Assembly: GCF_964213995.1 (NCBI RefSeq)
Contig: NC_135804.1
Span: 93,558,001-93,622,000 of the forward strand
Source of the DNA: Mustelus asterias
Lineage: Eukaryota
Direction of reading: 5' to 3'
DNA: 64,000 bases
The notes under the pieces were generated by a model that had not been told where the DNA came from, made no database searches, and worked only from the letters and a program-made list of their open reading frames with translations. The position numbers were made by a program, and so were the translations under genes. Of the stretch, positions 12,420 through 25,130 are shown piece by piece; the stretch's first letter is position 1, and every line of letters begins with the position of its first letter.

Positions 12420-14220
12420 AAAGAAATAAGGACAAAATTGAATCTAAAATAAAGTCATACACAAAGTACATAGACAACGAAGGAAAGGGTGACAAAAAGA
12501 AACTACAGAATCATTATGTAATCTAAAAAAAAAACTTAAATATTCTGAAGACACTTAAAAAGCAAAATAAAAGTCAGAATAGGGATAGGACCACTAAGGG
12601 ATTCATACAAAAAAAAACTTGCAGGTAATGACAGAAAGATTAAATTATTTTGTGTCAGAATTTAACAGAAAAGTTAATATGGTGTATATGACAATGGAAA
12701 AAACAAATTACGACATTTAAGATAGAAAAGGGAGAGCTAATTGATAAATTAATCACATTTCCAGAGGATAAAACCCTTGAACTGATGGATTGCATATTAA
12801 AATAAGTTAGGGGAGAGATAGCAGGAACACTGTTAGAAATATATAAAAGGTCATTTGAAGAATGGAAGAATGCCAGAAGACTGGCAGACAGCTAATGTGA
12901 TTCCTAAATATAAAAAGGGAGGTAGAACTAATCTAGGAACTATAGACCAATTAGTTTAACATCAGATGTAGGAAAGATAATGAAATCCTCAATGATGTAA
13001 TAGGAATATAACCGGAAAGTGAAAATGAGTAGTCAGCACAGATTCCGAAAGAGAAGGTAATATTCGACCAGCCTCACTGAATTCTTTGAAGAATATAAGT
13101 AGATAAGTACAAAATGTAGGTAATGGTAATACAATAGCGGTACCAAATTTTGGTTTGTCAAAATGCCTTTGATAATGTATCGCATAGTAGATTCGTGACA
13201 AAAGTCATAAGTATATGGAGTTTGGGAACACATAGCAGAATGGATAGTAAGCTGTCTATAAAACAGGAAAGAGAGCATTGGAGTAAAGGTAGTTACTTAG
13301 ATTCGCAAATGGTGGGATGTAACGTCCTATAAGAATTGGTGCTGGGGGACCACTGTTGTTCACGAATTAAATAAATAATTTGGACCCAGGAAATGGAAGT
13401 ACAATTTCAATGTTCACCAGATGACACTAAATTGGGGTGTATAATTATTACATGAAGGAAAGCAACAAAATATTAGTAAACTGGCAGAATGGGAGTAAAT
13501 TTGGCAAATTAACTTCAATATAAATAGGTGTGAGATAGTACATCTTTACAGGATGAATAAAGAGGCCACATGTTCCTTGGATAATCAGTATCTAAGTGGG
13601 TAGAGAAATAAAGGGATCTGGTGAACCCACACAAAAATCACTAAGTTGTGACACAGGTTAAAAGGAAACATAGTATTGAGGTTCATTTAAAAAGATAGAA
13701 TTGAAAAGCAGGAAAAAAAATGCTAAACTTGCACAGATCTCTGGTTAGGCCACACTTGGGAATATTGTGAATAGCTTTGGCCTCTATATTATCAAAAGGA
13801 TATAGACGACTGGATAATGTGCAAAAATGTTTTACTGGAATGATACCAGAAGTGAGTGGTTATGCCTATTGGAAAAGATGAAACAGGGCTGTGACCTGAA
13901 ACATTAACTCTGTTTCTCACTCCACAGATGTTGAGCATTTCTAGCATTTCTAGTATTTTCTATTTTTATTTCAGACTTCCACAGTATTTTGCTTTTGAGT
14001 AGGTTGCAGCATTTTCCTCCAGAATAAAAGACTGAAATTTGAGTAGATATGGGTTTTTAAAAATATGAATACATTTGGCAGGATAGACATAGAGAAGATC
14101 ATTTACTTTTGGATGAAGTCAGAACAAGGGATCATAAACATGAGATAGTCACCACAATTTCAATAAAGAATTCAGGAGAAACATTTTTACGCAGAGAATG
14201 GTTAGAATGTGGACCTCGCC
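12420..14220 (+). mobile_element. Old CR1 LINE ORF2 fragment, interrupted by a PLE pLTR remnant at ~13890-13996
   Basis: Degenerate RT motifs: GACTGGCAGACAGCTAATGTG (DWQTANV), AATGCCTTTGATAATGTATCGCAT (AFDxVxH), GATGACACTAAA (DDTK), AGGCCACACTTGG (RPHL). Confidence 0.8.
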
Positions 14221-14249
14221 ACTACAATCATAGAATGGTCACAGCCAAG

Positions 14250-14852
14250 TTTTAGGTGTCCAGATCACCAACAACCTGTCCTAGTCCCCCCATGCCGACA
14301 CTATAATTAAGAAAGCCCGCCAACGTCTCTACTTTCTCAGAAGACTAAGGAAATTTGGCATGACAGCTACGACTCTCACCAACTTTTACAGATGCACCAT
14401 AGAAAGCATTCTTTCTGGTTGTATCACAGCTTGGTATGCTCTGCCCAAGACCACAAGAAACTACAAAAGGTTGTGAATGTAGCCCAATCCATCACGCAAT
14501 CCAGCCTTCCATTCATTGACTCTGTCTACACTTCCCGCTGCCTCGGCAAAACAGCCAGCATAATTAAGGACCCCATGCATCCCGGACATTCTCTTTTCCA
14601 CCTTCTTCTGTCAGGAAAAAGATACAAAAGTCTGAGGTCATGTACCAACCAACTCAAGAACAGCTGTTTCCCTGCTACCGTCAGACTTTTGAATGGACCT
14701 ACCTTGCATTAAGTTGATCTTTCTCTGCACCTGAGCTATGACTGTAACACTACATTCTGCACTCTCTCATTTCCTTCTCTATGAATTGTACACTCTGTCT
14801 GTATAGCACTGTATGCTAATACATGTGACAATAATAAATTAAATCAAATCAA
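14250..14852 (+). mobile_element. Rex1/Babar-type LINE 3' fragment
   Basis: LGVQITNNLS...KKARQRLYFLRRLRKFGM...NFYRCTIESIL and RYKSLRSCTNQLKNSCFP; (AAATC)n tail; near-identical family member at 57085-57470. Confidence 0.8.
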
Positions 14853-15355
14853 AAGACAGAGGCCATTCAGCCCCTTCTGTGCATGCAGTGTTTTTGCAAG
14901 AGCAACTCATATGGTTCCACACCTCCACCTTTTCACTGAAGGCCTGCAAATGTTTTTCTAATCCAGAATAATTATCCAATTCCCTTTTGAAATCCATATT
15001 TGAATTTGCACCCAGCCCACTCTCAGACAATGCCTTCCAGATCCTAACCACCAATTGCATAAAACAAAGGTTTCCTCATGTTGCTTTTGCCAATCACCTT
15101 AAATCAGAATCCTCTGGTTCTTGATTCTGCAGTCAATGGGAGCAGTGACTCCCTATCTACTTTGTCCAGACCCCTCATGATTTTGAACAACTCTACCAAA
15201 TCCCTTTTCAACTCCCTCTTCTCTGAAGAGGAGAGCACCAGCTTTGCCGATCTAATCGAATAGCTGGAGTTCCTCATTCCTGGAACCATGCTCATAAATC
15301 CTTTCTGCATCCTCTTTTAATGCCTTCACATTCATCTTAAAGTTTTGTATCCAGA
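14853..15355 (-). mobile_element. CR1 LINE 3' fragment
   Basis: ORF 15104-15310 ELKRDLVELFKIMRGLDKVDRESLLPL...ESRTRG. Confidence 0.85.
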
Positions 15356-15357
15356 AT

Positions 15358-15672
15358 TAGAATCCATACAGTGCAGGAAGCAGAAGGACCCTAATGCTAA
15401 TTCGGCCCATCGAGTTTGCATCGACCCCCTTGAAAGAGCACTCTACCTAGGGCCACTCCCCGTCCCTATCCCCATGAACCCGCGCATTGATCATAGCCTA
15501 TCCACCTGCACAGCTTTGGACTGTGGGGGAAACTGGAGCACCCACAGGAAACCCACACAGACACGGGGAGAATGCGCAAATTCCAAACAGACAGTTTCCC
15601 AAGGCCAGAATCAAACCTAGGTCCCTGGTGCTGTGAGGCAGCAGTGCTAATCACTTTGCCACCGTGCCACCC
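15358..15672 (-). mobile_element. HE1/V-SINE-like tRNA-derived SINE
   Basis: Reverse complement of GGTGGCACGGTGGC...AGCACTGCTGCCTCACAG...GGGTGCTCCAGTTTCCCCCACAGTCCAAAG, with CR1-like tail. Confidence 0.85.
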
Positions 15673-16507
15673 TGGACAAACTGCTCACATTGAGGCTGAA
15701 TCAGTCTTTTTTGTGGGTTCACCATGACTTTTTGCAAGAAGCAGTTGAGACTGGGTAGGTGAAGAAAGATGGCAGGAGGCCTAAAAGACGGATTAGCACT
15801 AGCATGGAGCTACTCAACAAAATGGTCTGTTTCAGTACTGTAGAAACTTTGCTAAGGAAAGGTCATTATAACTAACAATCCCTCCTCTCACCAGAAAAAT
15901 CCAATTCTTTCTTGAGTCCATTCATACTATTTCAATGACTTTCACCGGCAATTTATTTCACAGCATTTTACAACTTTTAATGATTTTTCCTATATAATGT
16001 CTTTGGTTTGAAATACGAATGGTTGAAAATTATGCTATGTGGTATTAGTGTCAAACATTTTAACACGTCGTTTCGTTAGAAGTTAATACCTGTATTCGAT
16101 TAGCAGGACAAAGGAATTTTATATGAATGCATAAATACACTTATTACTATTTTATAACACAATGTAAATTCAAAGCAGCCTGGTGTTACTCATTAAACAT
16201 TGTACAATTGACAAGAGATCAGAGAGCCAGAGCGGTAAGCTCGAAGGGCTGAATGGCCCACTCACACCTCTAGTTTCTAAGTTTCTACGTTACCTTCCCA
16301 GCACCAGTATCTAATGCGCAAAGATTACTTTTGTGAAATATGTATCGTCAATTTTTGCTTGCACTATCTTACCTAGAAAAGCAGTATTAGAACTGCCTCC
16401 TGGCATCAACACTGCTCTTCACTTGACTTTTAATAGATTGTACCTATAAACCTTTATCCTGCAGTTGTAATTTAATTTAAAGTAATGCTACAGAATAATG
16501 CGTCAGT

Positions 16508-18010
16508 AGCAAAAATAGGAAGGCAGATTATTATTTGAATGGGTGTAAATTGAGAGAGGTGGATAGTCAGTATGACCTTGGTGTCTTCGTGCACCCGTCA
16601 CTGAAGGTAAGCACACAGGTACAGCAGGCAGTAAAGAAGGCAAATGGTATGTTGGACTTCACAGCAAGAGGATTTGAGTACAAGAATAAGGATGTTTACT
16701 GCAATTGTATAGGGCATCGTTGAGGCCACACATGGAGTATTGTGTGCAGTTTTGGTGTCCTTATCTGAGGAAGGATGTTCTTGCTATAGATGAAGTGCAA
16801 CGAAGGTTTACCAGGCTGATTCTTGGGATGTGTTAGAGGACTTCACTAATAACACTAATAAAGACTATTAGAACAGAGTAGATTAATTTAGAATAAGAAT
16901 CACAGACTGCTTTTCATATATTTTGCAGAGATACTGTCTGCATAAAAATACATATAACCACAGTTAGAGAATTTAAACATGTATTTTTGAAAGTGTATTA
17001 TTGAAGAGGCATACATCTTGGCTAATGGCACAGGGTTCTAGGGCATCATGGGAAATAGGCCAGTAAGGAAACCACATTCCTTATAACAATGCACTTATAA
17101 CTCTTACCAGCATGAGCACCAGACAGCTCAGTGAATGAGACATTCATTGATCAAGGACAAGCTAGTGATTCTAGACAGTTAATGAATAGGCTGAGTATAC
17201 TACCAGATAACAGTTAGGCCAGGTGGCCATGGGAAAGTCAGACAGAAACTGCTAGAACATATTGTTCCCATGCAGCCAGAGATTATCTGTAATTGGCCAA
17301 GGTATATGACACTTACTAATAATGATTGACCTGTACTAATAATGATTGGTTCATTTCCGACTGGGATGAGCCAGTGGGCGTGTAAACTGACTTTTGGAAG
17401 TTGTATAATTATATTGCCGATGTGATATAACTTTAAAGAAGAGTTGGATTTCACAGCTCTTCTCTCCCAGCGCGCATTGGTCAATAAAGAAGCATCTTTT
17501 ACCGGGATGCTGTAATCACGAGTCTTTGTATTAGCTAAAGTTACTCTAGATACTTAGCCTCTGAAAAAAAACCTATAGGATGGCAGGTCTGCCATATGAG
17601 TAGAGTTTAAATCAGTTAGGATGATATTCATTGGAGTTTGGAAGAGTGAGAAACATATAAACATATAAAATTCTAACAGGATTAGACAGGGTAGATTCAG
17701 AAAGAATGTTCCCAATGGTGGGGGAGTCCAGAACTAGGGGTCATAGTTTGAGGTTAAAGAGTACACCTTTCAGGACCGAGATGAAGAGAAATTTCTTCGC
17801 TCAGAGAGTAGTGAATGTATGGAATTCACTATCACAGAAAGTAGTTGAGGCAAAAATGTTGTGTGATTTTAAGAAGGAATTAGGTATAGCTCTTGGGGCT
17901 TTCGGGGTCAAGGGTTAGGGGGGAAGGCGGGGATCAGGGTATTGAATTTGATGATCATAATGAATGGCAGAGCAGGCTCAAAGGACCGAATGGCCTACTC
18001 CTACTTCTAA
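16508..18010 (+). mobile_element. CR1 LINE 3' fragment split by a solo LTR
   Basis: ORF pieces 16535-16723 and 17706-17918 are CR1 ORF2; the sequence rejoins at GGGATG|GCAGG across the insertion. Confidence 0.88.
16831..17577 (+). mobile_element. Solo LTR (747 bp)
   Basis: Starts TGTTAG, ends CCTATA (CA decayed to TA); 5-bp TSD GGATG (16826-16830, 17578-17582); TATA-like GATATAAC ~17424 and AATAAA ~17483. Confidence 0.75.
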
Positions 18011-18477
18011 TCTTTTCTCTTCCACTTGGTGTCTTAAATATTTCAATAAAATATCCTTTTATGTTTTTTAATGCTGTTAATGCTCAGCTTTTCTCATTTC
18101 CCCTAACAACTCAGTTCACTGACGCTACAAATCGGCATTGTGAATCTGTTTTCAATTTCCTCCCTTCATTGAAGTCACTGCCTTTTGCTGCTTTACAGTT
18201 TCAGGGCTGTTGCAACTCTTCCGTATCTTACTCAAATGACCATTATTCATGTGCAGAATGAGACAAGCAATTTCAGCACTATTGAACAGTAAGGACATTA
18301 CAATTGAATCTGATCCTGTCCTTGTCCAAAATGCATGCATGCATTTGCTAGCAGGGGTCACTGCCCAGTGACCTAGAACGGGAACTCCAGCTGTTTCTTT
18401 ATTTCCCATGCTCAGAGACACTTAGAGTCCCTGGCTGAGACCAGTTAACCCAAGTTATTATTCTACATAGACATTTA

Positions 18478-18875
18478 GTGGTGGCACCCTTGCCTCCGAG
18501 TCAGAAGGCTTTCAGTTCGTTAAACCCACTCCATAGATTCAGGCACAAAATCTAGGTTGACATTTCAAAACAGTACTGTTGGAGTGCTACACTGTCAGGG
18601 GTCCTGTCTTTCAGATAACATTAAACCATATCCTGGTCTCTCCTCTCAGATGGACATAAATTTAAATCTTACATGGTACCACAGTATTTCAAAAAAGAAA
18701 AATAAATTTCTCCTCTCAGCGAATGTCACTAATGCAACTTATCTGGTCATTAGCAGATTGCTGATTGTGGACCTTGCTGTGTGCATATGGACAGCTGCCT
18801 TGCCTACATTACAAGTGACAATCTTTTAAAAATACATTATTGATGGAAAGTAGTTTGGGGCATCCTGAGGTTGTT
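18478..18875 (+). mobile_element. Ancient DeuSINE/SacSINE-like element, followed by a CR1 tail fragment (18875-19100)
   Basis: GTGGTGGCACCCTTGCCTCCGAGTCAGAAGG head, CAGTACTG..GGAGTGCTACACTGTCAG..GTCTTTCAGAT core, TTTGGGGCATCCTGAGG tail. Confidence 0.65.
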
Positions 18876-19344
18876 AAACCGAGATGAGGAGGAATTTCTT
18901 CAGCCAGAAGGTGGTGAATCAGTGGAATTCATTGCCACAGAAGGCTGTGGAGCCCAGGTCATTGTGTATACAAGACAGAGATATATAGGTTGTGGAATGT
19001 GAAGGGGATCAAAGGTTATGGGGAAAAAGCAGGAGAATGGGGTTGAGAAATAGATCAGCCATGATGGAATGGCGGAGCAGACTCGAGGGGCGAATGGCCC
19101 ACTAAAGGCATTGTACAAATGCAAACTTTCTTTTATAAAGGTACGACTTTGCTGCAAACTGGATTTAATGACAAGTTCTCATCAGCTTCCAGAATTTTAA
19201 ATCTTGGATACACACAAAATTATAGTATTTGCATCTAATGGAGTCGAAAGGTAGCAACAAACAGGTACCCGCTCATTGATATTGTCTAATGTTTGAACAT
19301 TTATCTAGATTTCATATAGCTTATTCACAGGTCCATGTCCATGA

Positions 19345-19577
19345 TAAAAGCAAATTACTGCGGATGCTGGAATCTGAAACCAAATGAGAAAATGCTGGAA
19401 AACCTCAGCAGGTCTGGCAGCATCTGTAAGGGGAGAAAAGAGCTGAAGTTTCGAGTCCAAACGGCCCTTTGTCAAAGCTTTTGACAAAGGGTCGTCTGGG
19501 CTCAAAAGATCAGCTCTTTTCTCTCCTTACAGATGCTGCCAGACCCGCTGAGATTTTCCAGCATTTTCTCTTTTGGT
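19345..19577. mobile_element. Fold-back PLE mini-element, family B
   Basis: Inverted arms 19378-19476 / 19480-19578; 33-nt tail 19345-19377; TSD TCCATGTCCATGA (19332-19344, 19578-19590). Same pLTR as the GIY-YIG-linked copy ending at 36880. Confidence 0.88.
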
Positions 19578-21552
19578 TCCATGTCCATGACTTTGGCACC
19601 TATGAAGGAACTGCCTGTTTACATGGGATTCTCTCTGCTACAAAGGACTTCAAAGGGCATTGGCATATTATAAAACTCCAACTCATTCCTGTTGTAGGAT
19701 TTCCAAACTGTCGAACATTGTATTTCTTCAGTCTTCCCCATCTCTTACAATCTTCATACATTAAAATCCAAACATTGGTTTTTATCCATTGTGATTTATC
19801 TCAAATGTTGATAATGTACTGTATGGGATTTGACCCTACAGCTATACTTCTTAAATTAAGAAGAAGCACTGGAGAATTGTACTAAATCACTATCATTAGA
19901 GGACAATAAGAGGGGAATCTTCTCTAGAGGATGGTCCATGGCTGCAGCGGTAACCTTGAAGTTACCTCCAGCTATTTGCTGGGCTTCAGCCTTGTAGGCT
20001 GCCTGTCAGCAATGTCCTTGTGGCATCCCCAAGTGGTGAATTAATCGCCACCAACTGGTGACCCAATGCTGCCAGATGAATAAACAGTGTCAGCCTGACC
20101 ACCCCCCTCACCCCATACCCCCTACCCCAGCAAGATTGTGTGGCCATGGGAATGAGACCCCTACATACAACTTTCAAAAAATCCCCACCCTCCTGCTCCA
20201 AAGCAGCATCTGCATCTACTTTGTGAGTATCCTTTATCAGCTAATTCATGCAGATTGTCACCTAATTGAAATAGTAATCCTAATGGTGGTAGGACACATA
20301 AAACTCTGTAACTTTGCCCAGGTGGGCGAGCTGACACATAGGTCAATTATATTGCTCGTCCTCAAGGAGTGTAAACCTCCCCCTTTATACCAGCTGCTGG
20401 AATTCACTTCTGAGTTTCCCCAAGGGACCAGGACTTGCAGGTCTTTGGATATAGTCATATAACAATGAATCCTGGCAGAATGAACATAAATATATGTGCT
20501 GTCAGTATACACGTAAGATGCATCATAAGACTATTTGAAGCCTAATTTGGTACTCATCCTTAAAAATGAATCTCAATGGCACCAACCAAATGAATTGCTG
20601 TCTTCCTGACTTTCTTCGCTGTGAGTGAATTTTACTATTGCAATATTTCAACTTGCACTTGCTGGAGTCCTAGAGGCGTTTGGGCTGGGCATAGCTGAGG
20701 ACTGAACACAGGCTCCAGGTTAAATTATGAGTAACCTATTGATTACTGACCCAATAATTGTTTCAGCCCAAGAGTTCCACTAGCTAAGTCTCACCGTGTC
20801 AAATAAATCCATTAATTAAGGATAAAACTGAGTGAACGAGTCCATTAACCAGGGACGACTCAAATTAACTTAATTCACAAATCAGGGACCAAAGTAATTT
20901 ATTCTATTTGTACCTCAGCTGGGAATAACGCTTTGAAATTATGCTCAACATTTCTCTCGGGTATCAATCTCTCAACTACATGGTCTGTAATTACTTTTAT
21001 ATCATCTGATTCAAAATTCTCTGTGGCGTTTTACCTTGATGTGGAGATGCCGGTGTTATCTCCAAGAAGATCGCGCACATCGAATTCTTACCGCTTTTTA
21101 CTTTGCATCCTTTCTCATTTATACACTGACTGTTTTTTTAATTTAAATCCCAATGCTAAACATGACAAGGAGAGTTTATCGCCACATTTTCCCAGTGGCA
21201 CTTTGTCCACTGGAAAAATACTGTAATGCATGTCAATAATTACACAATGTTGGTCAATGTAATGGTTAATTTGCCTTTGCAGGGCAGAACCCTATGATCA
21301 ACCATTGCATTAAAATGCAATTACATTACAATAAACATCTAATAGTAACTTTTGAAGAAGCGAAAACATTTTATACTTACTTTTCAGATTGCTCCTGACT
21401 CCTCAGTAGACTTCCTTCAGTAATCATGAACTGTCCAAGGTGTTACATTTTTACACCTTCCAAAACCCACATTAACACATAAAAATAGGATACAAGAGGG
21501 AAACACAATTTTCCTATGGTCCTCACAACGAGCATCTCACCCTCGGAAGAGA

Positions 21553-21941
21553 TAGAAACATAGAATCTTCCCAGTGCATAAGGAGGCCATTTGGCCCATT
21601 GTGCTGTGGAATGTCAAATAGCCTCCTTCTACACTGTAGGGTGCTATGATTCTATGGTTCTATGAGCCTGCACCATCAACAATCCCCGTAACAGGCCTTA
21701 ACCCCGTAACCCCATGTATTTACCCTTCTAATCCCCCTGACACTAAGGGGCAATTTCGCATGGCCAATCAACCTAACTCGCACATCCTTGGACTGTGGGA
21801 GGAAACTGGAGCACCCGGAGGAAACCCATGCAGATACGGGGAGAATTTGCAAACTCCACACAGACAGTCACCCAAGGCCAGAATTGAACCCAGGGCCCTG
21901 GCACTGTGAGGCAGCAATGTTGACCACTGTGCCACCGTGCC
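21553..21941 (-). mobile_element. HE1/V-SINE-like SINE
   Basis: Full head-body-tail on the reverse strand, with a short opposite-orientation tail fragment at ~21610-21665. Confidence 0.85.
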
Positions 21942-22703
21942 GTCCAATGCATGTGCATTTTGCATCCAAGGCCTTCCTGACCCACCCAAAGGTCACACGA
22001 AGGTGGTGTGGGATCAGGAAGACAGAGGAAGTTTGTTTTCTCACAAAACAAAAGTAAGATGAGTGCTTTTCAATTTGATTCACACCTCAACCAGGGTCAC
22101 AAATGCAGCCCTGGAACTGTTCACAGTGCTCCATGTGTGGCCTAACCAAGGTTCTGTATCGGTTTAGCATAACTTCACTGCTTTTCAATTCTATCTCTCG
22201 ACAGATGAATCCTAGCATTGTGTTTACTGTCTTAATAACTGCATCACTGCTTTTAGTGTTCTATTTATCTGCACCCAGATCCCTCTGACTCTCTATTCCT
22301 CAACCCCATTTAGACACTATTTTCCAAAAAGTACATGGCCTCCTTTCTCTTCCTACCAAAATGTATTACTTCACCTATCTATATTGAAGTTAGTTTGCTG
22401 ATTGTATGCACAGGTGCCAGTACTTTGTTCAGATGGCCAATCTTTACATAAGAGACTAGACAGTGATTGCTAATGGGCTATTGAATCATTAACTATCACA
22501 TATCCAAATGTGACTGGCTCCTCATCTGATGTCCGCACATTAGCACTTTTCAGCAGAAGTCACAGTTTGGCAACCTTGGATTTCTGATTTATTCCTTTTC
22601 AGCTCAGAGCCATTGATGCTAATTGTAGCATCTCAACTACTGTTCCAGGTAAGATCACATCTTGTCTTGTGTGTACTGTTCACTGCTGCAGCAATGTCTT
22701 TAT

Positions 22704-22844
22704 TATTGAGCTTTGACAAAGGGTCATCTGGATTCGAAATGTCAGCTCTTTTCTCTCCTTACAGATGCCACCAGACCTGCTGAGATTTTCCAGCGTTTTC
22801 TCTTTTGGTTTCAGATTCCAGCATCTGCAGTAATTTGCTTTTAC
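22704..22844 (+). mobile_element. Solo PLE pLTR, family B, with tail
   Basis: Matches the 19480 arm plus the tail; TSD GCAATGTCTTTAT / GCAGTGTCTTTAT (22691-22703, 22845-22857). Confidence 0.85.
22709..22747 (+). ncRNA. Minimal hammerhead ribozyme motif, U3-A8 core variant (PLE family B)
   Basis: agct-TTGACAA-a-GGGTC atctg GATTC-GAAA-TG-T-C-agct; stem I AGCT/AGCT, GUC cleavage triplet. Confidence 0.65.
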
Positions 22845-22879
22845 GCAGTGTCTTTATCAATCATGTCACAGTGACTTAT

Positions 22880-23230
22880 TTTTTTATTCATTTGTTGGAT
22901 ATGGGCATTGCTGGCTGGCCAGCATTTATTGCCCATCCCTAGTTGCCTGAGGACAGTTGAGAGTGAGCCACATTGCTGTGGCTCTGGAGTCACATGTAGG
23001 CCAGACCAAGTAAGGATGATAGATTTCCTTCCCTAATGGACATTAATGAACCAGATGGGATTTTCTGACAATCGACAATGGTTTCATGGTCATCAGTAGA
23101 TTCTTAATTCCAGATATTTTTTATTGAATTCAAATTCCACTAAGTGCCGTGGCCAGATTCGAACCCGGGTCCCCAGATCATTAGCTGAGTTTCTTGATTA
23201 ATAGTCTAACGATAATACCGCTGGGCCACT
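22880..23230 (-). mobile_element. tRNA-derived SINE (different family, CR1-type tail)
   Basis: B-box GGGTTCGAATC on the reverse strand at ~23157-23167; tail GGGATGGGCAATAAATGCTGGCC followed by poly-A. Confidence 0.7.
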
Positions 23231-23872
23231 AGAATACAAAAAAACCCAGAGCAGTAAAAACACAATCTAGTCCACCAAGTACCTCTCCACTCAATGTGAC
23301 TGGCTCCTCAGAGCCCACGTTTCATATTTCTTCATACCCTTCCCTCCAACTCTCCCTGTTTCTCCACGATTTTGGACCCACTGGAATAGTTATTCTGCTT
23401 GTCTAGTGGAAAGCTGTACTTATTGGGAGTCCACAGAAAATTGAAGTCTTATGAAATGCTTACTTTCCCAACAGACTAAAGGTTAAATTGTCAGAAACTT
23501 TAAATACGTATCGAGAGAGCTGACCATCCAAATAAATTCAGATTTCAGATCTGGAGCCATAGAAATTAGAATCCAAACTTCACCTTTACAAAGGGATAAG
23601 AAATGGGGGAGGCTCCGTGAATGGTTGTATGTAAACTAAATGCTTCAGCATTAAGGGAATCAGGCATTCCACTGCATTGCTGGGTCAAAATACACATTAA
23701 TCCCAATGAGTATAAAGAATTGTGTGTATGGATTGGATTGCTATTCCCCTAATATCAACTGCAGTCATATTAAACTCTTAGCAGAAGTGTATATATATAT
23801 ATATATATAGATGTAAGATAAATGCATAGTGAGTACTTACATTATATGTGGAAATGCATGACTTTGAGAGTA

Positions 23873-25130
23873 AGCGAGTGGAATTTTCCATTTTTGAGAC
23901 AAAGTGCGGTGGCAGGTGGGTTTTGCGGCTTGTTTTCCGTTGGGTGGCAGGGTGGGAATTTATGGCCGACTTCACACTCAGAAGCTCAACAAATATGCAT
24001 TGGCGAGTAGCTCTCCAAATTGATTTGTCCGAGCTGCCATTACCCATTGGGGGCAAAGGCCCGGGTGCCATATTTAAATGCTGCCCAACCACACACATTC
24101 ACTCTCTCCAGCCCAGGTGGGTGGAGGACATGCCTTGATATGGCTGTGTCCAAGAAAAGGCTGCATTAAGATTCGGTTATGAACCCTGGAAACACTCATC
24201 CATGGAGTCTGCCAGCACTGGGATGTCCTCTACCCAAGGGATGGCTCCAGGAGGCCATCAGTCTCATTTTGCCAGCCTGGGAGGTAGCTACAAGGAAGGT
24301 CAGTTCATTAGGCACCTGCCCAAGAAACGCCATCCAGTGCATGAAAAGGATGAATGATCTAATTCGCTCCGCCAGGGTAAGGCAACCCTCAGCTCACTCC
24401 AAACTCACACTCCCATGACAGCATCATACAGTCAAAGGGTTACACTGCTCAGGGATTGCAGACAATATTAGTGGGGGACACACCAGCACTGATGGTCTCA
24501 GGAGCACTTTAACATCACCAGCATCTCATCTATCATGCTGCATTAACTCCGTTCCCAGCCTTACAGGGAAGAGCCCAGCACACAGTCGGCCTGCATTCTT
24601 CTCAACCTCTGCTGCATCTCTTCTCATCACATTCCACTCATTTGTTTTCATGCAAGCCAAGTGCCCACAACAAGAGGGAGGGTCAACATCTTGGAGCTGT
24701 TCAAATATGAGGAGGATGCCACTGAGTTGTCGGGCGAGGGCAGAGGTCATTCCTATGGGGAAGGTGACATCAGGCTCTCCCAGCCAATCAGTCTGGATGA
24801 CCCCTTCATGGGCTGATCACATCCTGACATTCCCAGTGATTTGACATGCAATGCTGCATTCAGCCTGTTCATGGACTAAGTCTAACCTCTCTCTTACAGC
24901 AGGTCCAGACAGACCAGCACAGATAAAATAAACTGCAGCCCTCAGGTCACCTCAGAGGAGGATGCTGAGGATTCATTTGAAAAAGAGCTGTCACCGTGTT
25001 CATCTGCACCCTCTACCAGCACAGAGACACACACCCCAGTTAGGTACGGTGTCACATCCTGAGGAACACCTCACCGACATGTCTCCCCAGCAGTCAGAGG
25101 TAGTGACAGCTCAGGTGTCTTCAAGTTGTA
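23873..25130 (+). pseudogene. Harbinger transposon fragment carrying a decayed Myb/SANT-like partner gene
   Basis: PAWEVATRKVSSLGTCPRNAIQCMKRMNDLIRSAR followed by donor AGG|GTAAGG (24377); downstream CACAACAAGAGGGA and AGCACAGAGACACAC segments match the minus-strand copy at 63240-63630. Confidence 0.7.

Noticed and set aside
21375-21430. ATG...|GTAAGT candidate alternative first exon on the minus strand
   Set aside because: The ATG frame ends in phase 2 and the phase-0 frame has a stop, so it is incompatible with the next ARHGEF9 exon.
23668-23682. Minus-strand ATGCAGTGG resembling the MQW start of collybistin
   Set aside because: Stops after five codons and has no donor site.
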